IMG/VR virus record: IMGVR_UViG_3300011140_000001
Coordinates: 1-41,739 of that record
DNA length: 41,739 nucleotides
Reading direction: 5' to 3' (one strand)
Origin: a virus
In this document: positions 35,501 to 41,739 of the stretch, piece after piece
How the letters are laid out: each line of letters opens with the position of its first letter
How positions within the stretch are numbered: the first letter of the stretch is position 1
Made by a program: the position numbers and the translations under genes
The notes under the pieces: model-generated
What the model was told of the DNA's origin: nothing
Databases searched by the model: none
What the model saw: the letters and a program-made list of their open reading frames with translations, nothing else

Positions 35501-36374
35501 GCGCAGCACCCAATACACCTGCATCATTTGTCTGTGCTGCAAGCTGCGCTTGATAAAGCGCTTGTGACATTTCTTGAGATGGTGCCGCTCTGTTTTTAAC
35601 ACGTGTTGCTAAATTAAGTAGGCTATCGTTTCCAGTGGCCGCATTGATTACTGCACCTTCAGTTTGACCAATTGCAGCTACAGCACGAATAGCCGCATTT
35701 ACGTATCGATTACCTTGCTCCTGTGGGTTAGAAGGTTCAGCGCTTGCAGTATGCTCCATCCAATAGACTTGGTTTTCATAATATTTTTTAAACCGTTCGG
35801 CAGACATTACACCCGCATTTTTCTTAATACGGTCATAGTTTTCTTTGAACACTTGCTCCGACGTTTGAGGAACTAATGTTGTGCTTAATGTATCTAATAA
35901 ATTAGGGTTAACATTTGGCTTGATCTGTTTTTGCGGTTCTTCGTAAACACCAAGTTCTTTTAATCGCTTTTTTTGTTCTGGTGAAGTGCCTTTATTTAAG
36001 ACTTGTTGGATGTCTTGATAAGTAATATTTTCATGCGGTTTATTAAGGCTTGAACCGAGTAACGAAACTTTATCACTAATGCCTTTTAGATTTTCAAAGT
36101 CATCAAGTGAAACCGCCGCTTGACTTGGGTTAAGAGCATATTTACCCAAGACAGGATCACTAGCAATAACTTCATTCACTCGTTTTTGTGTGTTGATTTC
36201 GTCAGCAACAGATACGACTTGCTCAGGACTTTCTGTTATTTTGCTGTAATCTAGCCCCAATGAGCGCGCAGCTTTTTGTGCACGGGCTTCAGTGTCCGCA
36301 ATTTGCGTTGGATTTTTGCCTTGGTTTAGTTCAAATAATTGACCAATTGTAAGATTTGCATTTTGATCAGACAT
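29550..36374 (-). CDS. Giant internal virion / ejection protein (T7 gp16 position) with embedded GNAT-like and HExxH metallopeptidase-like modules
   Basis: 2274 aa. GNAT motif VVPEAMRNQGTGTNAMQDII…FYKKLGF (residues ~737-828). HELGH at residues 884-888. Gly/Ala-rich hydrophobic region at ~220-480. Hydrophobic helices near the C-terminus. Confidence 0.8.
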   Translation of the reverse strand: MSDQNANLTIGQLFELNQGKNPTQIADTEARAQKAARSLGLDYSKITESPEQVVSVADEINTQKRVNEVIASDPVLGKYALNPSQAAVSLDDFENLKGISDKVSLLGSSLNKPHENITYQDIQQVLNKGTSPEQKKRLKELGVYEEPQKQIKPNVNPNLLDTLSTTLVPQTSEQVFKENYDRIKKNAGVMSAERFKKYYENQVYWMEHTASAEPSNPQEQGNRYVNAAIRAVAAIGQTEGAVINAATGNDSLLNLATRVKNRAAPSQEMSQALYQAQLAAQTNDAGVLGAAQELVSNADAGLVSEFLIEQAPPALAGYWAGAGAGGLLSNSLIRNTAKYAPMVMNLEKAANLVRGVTAAGNAAQGALGAGTADALVSYGQNMAEAREKFLTRQEQIDYAAAKTWGSVKYSALGGALMPVTFGGPLRTVGGQAVIQSAAGMYSVKGAADAVGEKADPVEMALEGLLEVATTAPEVAIMSAEKVKNQRTAQFALDQLRADQQQDAVRSTTFAAVLNNLIDNNKESKTAQRDEAASQAFIKQAIEEHGAVNEVYIDGQTFNQLLRDRNIEPTDLFERAPSLQDQLGTAETFNGTVQIPVDEFVSAMSVIEHPTDFVENVRSDPNMPTYREAQENLAKTTEQMQQEANTYMAEQARFENAESAKELVATEVQNQLAKVGTFTAKYNRAAGELTSAFYSTLGDKLGISAKDAFDRYPIRIADEPTTDKGTSFNQSATPEQTISVDDFVKSIKKQYGIELGLKGSPSSNVLSLHKIVVPEAMRNQGTGTNAMQDIIKYADSQNKTIALTPSSDFGSNKKRLTDFYKKLGFVENKGRNKDYEISESMYRAPNGRKYNQANGGTRGSITFTIGQDGSTIVLSKNADFSTFVHELGHHFLEMNMELALSPDAPAQVRADMETVMKWASPETTDLGEWDFFTDAEKTEVHEKFAETFEQYVFTGKAPSAALKQVFNRFRQFMIAVYRNIEKFMGINDRAELNNDITGVMDRMLASSSAIAEAQAASNLEMLIHQDDAMRLGISPKDYDEMRQDHEIATELSINTLEQKSLRNMVWYQKQKSKYLKTLQKEADKKRAAVREDMAKEIAQEPVYQAMAFLRQPLDPVVKRDSTKVEPERDNLFEAIAKFGGLDANEVESTWGIDEASKTKSGIGNKPVVRSSKSKVKGLSIESMAEKLSEEGYLTLDEHGKFDTSELEDKFADQLRGVNQYSNQVDPELLDYSQDMDLLQRFAEGRTTKGKLSLDWIEAKYGRDSDIYQSISKGAYGFAQRGGENPDVVAEMFGYESGDALIRDLLNSPSPKQKIDELTDARMAVQYSEFFDQQSIVEAVEAALHNDVRARMLSAEMAALNGLLGRKSALNEAAKAVAQDIVQRQKIKDIRPHVRAQDDARLGRMANDAFRKGETVEAARHKRNQLVQFYATKYSYDAKDQIQKHLDMVKKVFGNNEKLAKNRDFDFVTAARGILGKYDLGRESTNYEHQLELIRKYDPTTYAEIQNIGALPENQNYRELTLEQFNAVMSAVETLWHRSKENKIWHTTNEAFEREHVREELIQQSSGKKSIEKIQQNLLGKNKTAELKAKFMELGASAKRVDQVVTWLDGGPSGKFRTYLVNPMQDALAKYRTEKAKMLKEVVDTFEGFGKLDNSKIAAPELNNFTFVGKQSLLHAILHTGNMSNKERLVLGYGWGARLEDGSVDFSAWDKFFNRMINENVITKNDMDTIQKLWNLFDKYKEQAQITHKKINGRYFDELPRTPISTPFGEYEGGYVPAAYDRMRSNEQDRIQDKNLAENNLQALDIATTGANFTKSRADRYHDQLELDMSRLPSHLDKELRYIHLELQIRQIGRLLLNKDFRNEIERVMPFGVKQVFNPWLKAIANQTVDESSGVHLLDNIFRVLRRNTGIAIMAGNLKNAIEQFTGFTQVSVAVPPKQLLKAQAHYFTSVATREDMANNIMEMSDFMKTRFDRAADEYRYAVDEIVFQKGAIQTVKDFTMKHAYVLQTTIQRPMEMISWQAAFNHYTEQGYTQYDAVHAADAVIRQYMTDMSPEGISNLERGTPAKRMFLMFYNWFNMVWNTSVSEAKLALEASNGSWVQASPRLAYVALMMVSIPSMLSELLSVIFAGGLQDDDKDGEKWDDLSARLALSQLKMLSAFVPYAGNVVNAAISNTDNNVMNDRYTASPVFSMGESGLSLIQHFKRSLDEDKEVNQSKAAKDLMNTATLATGIPFAVLGKPFGYWLDVAQGKKDAPDSIYDATRGTITGKHASEDDK

Positions 36375-36452
36375 AATAAAAGCACTTAAGACTACGGTTA
36401 TTTGTAATCTTAAATGCTGTTATTGCTTAGACTGCCTTTTGCTGTTGACAGC

Positions 36453-37148
36453 TTAACTATTCAGTCCGCCCATCAAACTATCGCAAACCTGTTTTTGGTT
36501 TTCGGAATAGTCCATTCTAAATAAGTTACTTGTTCCGCCAGAACCACTACTTGACTGCCAAATCCCATACACTGCTTTTTTATTAGGCGAAGTTAAAAGA
36601 TAAGCTTCTTCAAAGTTCAATGCACCGAAATTTTTTTCACACACTTTTTTAAATTTAATATTTGCTTTAGTTAAAGACTTAAATGGGGAAAATTCACAAT
36701 TATCAAAATTTTCACCAAAACAGATATTTTCATTTTCACGTGATACCGTGGCAGGGTATAGAGAAATTGTGTTTGGACCAAATTTACCAACGGTACCCTC
36801 CATCATTACTGACCAAGGAAGTTCATAAGTACGATGGTCTACAATAGTGCTTTTCTTGCCAAGAACATTTACACGTGCAACACCCTTTCTACTTGAATGA
36901 AAAGTTCCATCTTCTAACTTTTTCTCAACATAAAAACTATCTAGCCAGATAATAGATTTATCATTAGAACGAAAATCCCAATATAGCTTTTCTTCATTTT
37001 TGTTGGGCATTAATTTATAAACTAATTGACCAAATTCCTGTTGAGGTAATTTTTTTAAAGTAACTGGGTATGGTTGTAAAGCAGCTTCAGCCGAAAAAAC
37101 TTGTAAAGGTAGAGCTAAAGTGCAGACCATTAAAAAACTTCGTTTCAC
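36453..37148 (-). CDS. Secreted (Sec signal peptide) Cys-containing protein of unknown function
   Basis: The GTG start overlaps the upstream stop (TAGTG) and has AGAAGAGG upstream. The signal is MKRSFLMVCTLALPLQVFSA / EAA. There are four Cys in the mature part. Confidence 0.65.
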   Translation of the reverse strand: MKRSFLMVCTLALPLQVFSAEAALQPYPVTLKKLPQQEFGQLVYKLMPNKNEEKLYWDFRSNDKSIIWLDSFYVEKKLEDGTFHSSRKGVARVNVLGKKSTIVDHRTYELPWSVMMEGTVGKFGPNTISLYPATVSRENENICFGENFDNCEFSPFKSLTKANIKFKKVCEKNFGALNFEEAYLLTSPNKKAVYGIWQSSSGSGGTSNLFRMDYSENQKQVCDSLMGGLNS

Positions 37149-39400
37149 TAGAAACCTCTTCTCATCATTGAATAATAAGCATTGATATATTCAGCATCCG
37201 TTACGTTATTCGGATTTCTACCCTGCTTTTTAAATATGTTATCAATTTTTGTTCTCATTGAGTCAGTAATATCGCTCTTACTTTTAACCTGATTATAAAC
37301 GCGATTCAATTCAACCTTATCATCAAAGAAAGGTCTTGAAGTGGTAATTTGAACTTGACGATTAACATTCTTCAATACAACACGATTCACTTGATCCCAA
37401 GTTAAATGACTCCCGTTTTTCGCTTCAGCTTCTAATAACGTTTGCATTAAATCTGTTTTAACAGCGTTATAGTGTTCTAACTGCTTTTTATCAGTAGTGC
37501 TAGTAATGCCGATCATTCCCAAATATGGTTTTAAAGCACTTGATATAGTAGAGTCATTTACCAAAAATGTTTCTTCTTCTTTTTTCTTGGCGTCCTTTAA
37601 ACCGTTTACTTCAGCATAAACCTTGGTTACTTCTTTATAATCAGTAGGCGATAATTTATCAGCATATTGATGTAGTACTGATTGCGGTTTACCTTTCAAT
37701 AATTCATCTTTATTCAGCATTATCATACTTAAAGTAATTGGGTCGGTTTTAACATCTTTTTCGTATGTTGCCTTACTTACTGACTTTAAACTATTAATTT
37801 GATTTGGTTCTAGGGCTGTGATATTTGCAGCGGGGATTTGCTCAAATGTGTATTGCCCAGAAATAATTCCATTGTACAAACTGCTATAGCTTTGATCTTG
37901 TTTATCCTTCTTGGCTTTATCGAGCCCACTATAATATCGATCAGTTGCTACTAAAGCTTTTTGCTTTACTTCAACAGGAGCGTTGCTATTCCAAATTTCG
38001 TTGTATGCAGATTCACGGGATTTAGCAGGTTGATTTGCATATTTGCCAAAATCATTTGTTAGCCATTTATCAATTCGTTGAATATAGTTTCGAGTTTCTG
38101 AAGCAGGTGGTTGCCCCCCTTTGAGAACTGCTGAAGCTGCATTAGCACCACCGTTGTAATAAGCAGCAATAACAATTGGGTCTTTAGTTTTATATTTTTT
38201 ACTAATCCAGTCTATAAAATCTAAAGAAGCGTCGATCGTATCTGCAGGATTATTAATATCTCGTTTACCACCGTTACTATATTCTTTCCAAGTATCAGGC
38301 ATAAATTGCATTACTGATTTTGCACCCTTCGGGGAGACTGCATCATTATTTGATTTTTCACCAGATAATCGAATAGCAAGTAAAAGCGGTGCTGCCCATT
38401 CCATGCCTTTTTCTTTTGCAGCATGAACGGTGTAAACATCTAAACGCTGATCATTGTATTTAATGTTTTTCATTTGATCAGGTGTAAGATTTTTAAGCTC
38501 TTGAGCAATTTTTGCAGATGCTTGAGGCGGAACATTTAAAGCAGGGTTACTACCTTCCTGCGTACCTGTTGTTGCGATATTAACTAATGCTTCAACTTGT
38601 TGGTCTTCTAACTTCTGATGAATGCGCTGATCTACTCTAAAGCTATCCGCTAATGATATTTCATCTTTATATTTATTTTTATACGCGAGAGCCGCTTTTA
38701 AATCTCCGTTTTCTACAAAAGCACTGATATTGGTAATGTGAGCACCAGAAACGTTTTTAAGATAAATATTATCTGCCTCTGTTGCTGCCTTGCCTTCCAA
38801 ATTCATGAGCTTACCTAAAGAAGCTTTTAGGTTAGCCCGACTCTCATCAATTTTATTGAAGTCACCAGGGTTATCATTTATCTCACGAATAAATCGATCC
38901 GCTGAAGAAGAATAAACGCTTTGTTGGTAAGTATCGTTTTCACGTACAAAATAGTTTTGTAATGAGCCTTTAAATTGCACTGCATCTTGAGCGGCCATCT
39001 CTTTAAATAATGAACGTTGGCGGTTGTTTCCAAGAGTGCTTACGATTTCTCCCACACCATCTTGGTATGCTTTAGCATAGTAATCTACAAAGCCGCCGCC
39101 GTTTCCATCATCAAAGCTAACAACATCCACGCCTTTTTTATTTATGTAACCATCGACTTCGTTGTTCTGTAGGTGTTGTTTTAGTTCTGCGAGTTTATTT
39201 TGCGCATCAATAACACGCACACGATCCGCTTCATCTTGATATTCTTGGTAAGCTTTTAATCCTGAGTTTAGCGCACCTACTAAACCATCTGTTCTGTTAC
39301 CGACTAAACTTGCAGCTCCACTTGGAGATACACCGCCAGAAACTTGAACACTAGGCACACTGTTATCTGAAACTTGACGATTAAATTGTGGTATACGCAT
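37148..39400 (-). CDS. Internal virion protein with a lytic transglycosylase (SLT) domain (T7 gp15 position)
   Basis: LSGEKS…SPKGAKSVMQFMPDTW…AAYYNGG at residues ~340-420 is the SLT signature. Confidence 0.85.
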   Translation of the reverse strand: MRIPQFNRQVSDNSVPSVQVSGGVSPSGAASLVGNRTDGLVGALNSGLKAYQEYQDEADRVRVIDAQNKLAELKQHLQNNEVDGYINKKGVDVVSFDDGNGGGFVDYYAKAYQDGVGEIVSTLGNNRQRSLFKEMAAQDAVQFKGSLQNYFVRENDTYQQSVYSSSADRFIREINDNPGDFNKIDESRANLKASLGKLMNLEGKAATEADNIYLKNVSGAHITNISAFVENGDLKAALAYKNKYKDEISLADSFRVDQRIHQKLEDQQVEALVNIATTGTQEGSNPALNVPPQASAKIAQELKNLTPDQMKNIKYNDQRLDVYTVHAAKEKGMEWAAPLLLAIRLSGEKSNNDAVSPKGAKSVMQFMPDTWKEYSNGGKRDINNPADTIDASLDFIDWISKKYKTKDPIVIAAYYNGGANAASAVLKGGQPPASETRNYIQRIDKWLTNDFGKYANQPAKSRESAYNEIWNSNAPVEVKQKALVATDRYYSGLDKAKKDKQDQSYSSLYNGIISGQYTFEQIPAANITALEPNQINSLKSVSKATYEKDVKTDPITLSMIMLNKDELLKGKPQSVLHQYADKLSPTDYKEVTKVYAEVNGLKDAKKKEEETFLVNDSTISSALKPYLGMIGITSTTDKKQLEHYNAVKTDLMQTLLEAEAKNGSHLTWDQVNRVVLKNVNRQVQITTSRPFFDDKVELNRVYNQVKSKSDITDSMRTKIDNIFKKQGRNPNNVTDAEYINAYYSMMRRGF

Positions 39401-40023
39401 TAACTAGCTCCGAACCAATTCCAATTATAATTTTGCCAAGATGCGCCTTGGGTACCATTGCCTGCGTTATAGAGACTTGATGCAAAGTCAGAACCGCTGC
39501 CCAACGAAGAACTTTCCGCTTGACCACCCAAACTACCTTTGCCCATGCTTGACCCATATGCTGACGCAGCATTCCCTGCTAAGCTTAAAAGCGTGCTTGT
39601 TAATGGTCTAATTGATTTTGCGGCAACACGATAATTTTCGGCTTGATTTCTAAAGTTTGTTTCTTGAACCTTATGGCCCCATGACTGCAAAGCGGCATTG
39701 TACTTAATCGAATCGATATCACCTTGCGCAAGCATTTCAGTAGATGCAAGTAAATCGACAGCCGAACCTTGAGTTACATCAATCCCATTTTCAGCGAGCG
39801 CGTTTATTTGGCTTGATTTAAATGCCGAAACATTACGTTGGTAATCGGTTACAGCATTAGTTCCATCTTCAATAGCTTGCCGCGCTTGATTATCCGAGAG
39901 CGTCGCATTAGATAAAGCAAGTTGTTCTTGCTGTTGAAGCGCCTTTTTTTGAGCTTTTAATTTGCCATAAGTAGATAGCGCCTCTACCCCCTTTACAGCA
40001 GCAAATGCATATGGATTTATCAT
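39400..40023 (-). CDS. Internal virion protein (T7 gp14 position)
   Basis: 207 aa, helical and Ala/Gln-rich, with a Gly/Ser-rich tail. The assignment rests on position. Confidence 0.5.
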   Translation of the reverse strand: MINPYAFAAVKGVEALSTYGKLKAQKKALQQQEQLALSNATLSDNQARQAIEDGTNAVTDYQRNVSAFKSSQINALAENGIDVTQGSAVDLLASTEMLAQGDIDSIKYNAALQSWGHKVQETNFRNQAENYRVAAKSIRPLTSTLLSLAGNAASAYGSSMGKGSLGGQAESSSLGSGSDFASSLYNAGNGTQGASWQNYNWNWFGAS

Positions 40024-40490
40024 GCTGCCCCCATTACAAACGGATGAAATAATTCATTGTTATTGCCGTAAGCTTCAGGGGCTTTTAGATCAAATCCTAA
40101 TTTTCTAAGAAAGCGAATTGCCTTTGCATTTTTCACATATACGTGATTAATGAGCACATCGTATTCCGACTTGATCTCATTCAAGATATTTTTAGATTGT
40201 TTATAAAACTCGATCGGATATTGCTTAATAAAATTGGTGCCAAGCAGCCAAGGGCAACCAACATTGCCAAGCAAGCTCGACATTCCGACACCACAAATGA
40301 AAAGCAACTTTCCATTAACTACTACGGTCCAAGCATCACTTGAATGCTTAATAGACATTTTAATCATCCAATGATAGTTATCATTGAAATATGCTTTCAT
40401 CTCATCTTTATCGGCTTCACGCAGGTTTTCAACAAGAATACGAATATCGCGCTCAGTCGGCTTACGAATTTCAATATTGTTTTTTCTCAT
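40020..40490 (-). CDS. Internal virion protein A-like (T7 gp13 position), possibly GNAT-like fold
   Basis: 156 aa. The C-terminal part, VYVKNAKAIRFLRKLGF, resembles the GNAT C-terminal signature. The assignment rests on position. Confidence 0.45.
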   Translation of the reverse strand: MRKNNIEIRKPTERDIRILVENLREADKDEMKAYFNDNYHWMIKMSIKHSSDAWTVVVNGKLLFICGVGMSSLLGNVGCPWLLGTNFIKQYPIEFYKQSKNILNEIKSEYDVLINHVYVKNAKAIRFLRKLGFDLKAPEAYGNNNELFHPFVMGAA

Positions 40491-41739
40491 TTGTATTCAA
40501 CCTCTAATGCCAATAACTTCATAGGTAAAGGTTTATCATGTTTTACAGTAATTTGAATGTCTCTTTCGTAAGTGCTGTCAACTGGTATTTCTACAAAGCC
40601 TGATATTAAATTTAATGGCGCTCCGTATGGTTCAAGATTACGGGGTTTGTATTCATCAATATCTGTAGGATTTGCAATCTCTTGATTCGCACCGACAAGA
40701 ATATTTTGTGTTTCACGAACTCTTAAAAACACTTTATTCACGACTTTCGGCTTAGTCGGACTGCTTTGTTCTCTATAAATCGGCAAGGTCTGCATTTCTG
40801 CTACATATGGCAAGCCAACTAAAACATTTGATAGTTTACGAGTAAGTTTAATTTTTCCATCTGTAACGACCGCTTCAGGCTTTACACCGCCATCAGCAAA
40901 TATAGAAACAGTTTGCCCTTCTAACCAATCCAATCCATTTAAAACATCCGTTGGTTCGCCTTTATATTGGATACTGCTGTCCAGATAACATTTATCTTTC
41001 ATGTCTAGTGGTTGGCGTGTGAGCATCCGTTCAATGGTGTAAAAACCATTACGCTCAATGAACGCATATAGAACAGATTGATCATCTTCAGGTATCTCAG
41101 CTACAGACAGAAATTTGCCGTCTGTGTGATGCTCTGCCCAAGCCCATACTTGTTGTTGCGGCTCGTAGGTTAATGAAAGCAACGCCCCATCATCTCGCAC
41201 AAAATATATAATATTCAATGGGTTGCGTATTGCAGCACAGTCTACAATTTTATGCCCATCAAAAAGTTGTGGACACATAATCGATAAATCTAGTGTCTGA
41301 TAAAAAGAAGCATTGTAACCACTTGCTAAAGATGCTTCATGCACATGGCCTGTTTGATCAGAAGCAAATACCGCTGCGCCATCCACTTCTACGGGTGTAA
41401 CATCATTCGCACCTGTACTGTATTGTTTATTCATGTTTACGCTTGCTGCGGTCATAGCCCCATCAGACGAAAGCTTCCACAAAGCGCCGCTAGTTAAAAC
41501 GAGTAAATCATTCAAAGTAATTAAGTGCTTAACGCCGTTACCATCACGGGCAGCAAACCGTATTTGGATTGAGTCAGTATCTTGCGTAGGAATGTGATAT
41601 CCGAAATTGTCGTCTGTTGCCGTGCGTGACATACGTATCCATTGCGGCGATTTGTACCCACCACCATAGACTTTACGTTGCCCATGGTAAGCAACTGCGG
41701 TGGGGTTAAATTCGAAAGGATTTCGGATTAATGGCGGGG
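40487..41739 (-). CDS. Tail tubular protein B-like, C-terminal part of the gene that starts at 861 (the unique part ends at 41662)
   Basis: The frame is open from 41662 (GGT GGG TAC AAA TCG…) down to the stop at 40487. The Met at 41632 in the ORF track is internal. Confidence 0.8.
   Translation of the reverse strand, partial: PPLIRNPFEFNPTAVAYHGQRKVYGGGYKSPQWIRMSRTATDDNFGYHIPTQDTDSIQIRFAARDGNGVKHLITLNDLLVLTSGALWKLSSDGAMTAASVNMNKQYSTGANDVTPVEVDGAAVFASDQTGHVHEASLASGYNASFYQTLDLSIMCPQLFDGHKIVDCAAIRNPLNIIYFVRDDGALLSLTYEPQQQVWAWAEHHTDGKFLSVAEIPEDDQSVLYAFIERNGFYTIERMLTRQPLDMKDKCYLDSSIQYKGEPTDVLNGLDWLEGQTVSIFADGGVKPEAVVTDGKIKLTRKLSNVLVGLPYVAEMQTLPIYREQSSPTKPKVVNKVFLRVRETQNILVGANQEIANPTDIDEYKPRNLEPYGAPLNLISGFVEIPVDSTYERDIQITVKHDKPLPMKLLALEVEYK
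41663..41739. repeat. Right copy of the 77-nt terminal overlap (identical to 1-77)
   Basis: Same 77-mer as 1-77. It lies inside an open reading frame. Confidence 0.97.

Noticed and set aside
30240-35876. Multiple 60-115 aa plus-strand and alternate-frame ORFs inside the giant gene (for example 30240-30587, 33370-33711, 35263-35553)
   Set aside because: All are nested within a 6.8-kb uninterrupted ORF that has recognisable motifs. They are expected by chance in a long gene and lack RBS or promoter context.

Overview
The window is a complete temperate phage genome, not a chromosomal segment. The first 77 nt (1-77) are identical to the last 77 nt (41663-41739), so this is a circular contig of about 41,662 unique bp. 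It was linearised inside a tail gene.

One long co-directional gene train runs on the minus strand, from 15322 down through the junction to 25422. In order it holds:
- cro-like and cII-like regulators
- four unknown early genes
- an orphan DNA methyltransferase
- a DUF1376-type replication initiator with candidate internal iterons, then a DnaC-like loader
- a RuvC-like resolvase and a small HTH protein
- TerS, two inserted small genes, TerL
- portal, scaffold, major capsid and a cement-like protein
- tail tubular A and B
- three internal virion (ejectosome) genes, including a 750-aa lytic transglycosylase protein and a 2274-aa giant protein
- tail fibre, holin and GH108 endolysin

The plus strand holds:
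- a cI-like S24 repressor with a co-transcribed lipoprotein
- a PL-like operon: DUF2303, a membrane protein, YqaJ exonuclease, RecT, an SF1 helicase, a Fis-like protein and an Xis-like protein
- an attP core that is the 3' part of tRNA-Gly(GCC)
- a tyrosine integrase

Virion gene order is T7-like, while the regulation, replication and recombination modules are lambdoid. No RNA or DNA polymerase gene, CRISPR array or intact RNA gene was found.

Most interesting, all untested:
- The giant ejection protein carries GNAT and HExxH motifs.
- A Sec-signal, Cys-containing protein is translationally coupled inside the ejectosome operon.
- A 79-aa gene has a PR-like promoter and a hairpin that sequesters its Shine-Dalgarno.
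- Iteron-like repeats lie inside the initiator gene.
- A shared operator motif, AGTTT-N3-AAACT, occurs at both early promoters.
- Several small cargo (moron-type) genes sit at typical cargo positions.

Every family name comes from motifs and remembered family signatures. No search was run.
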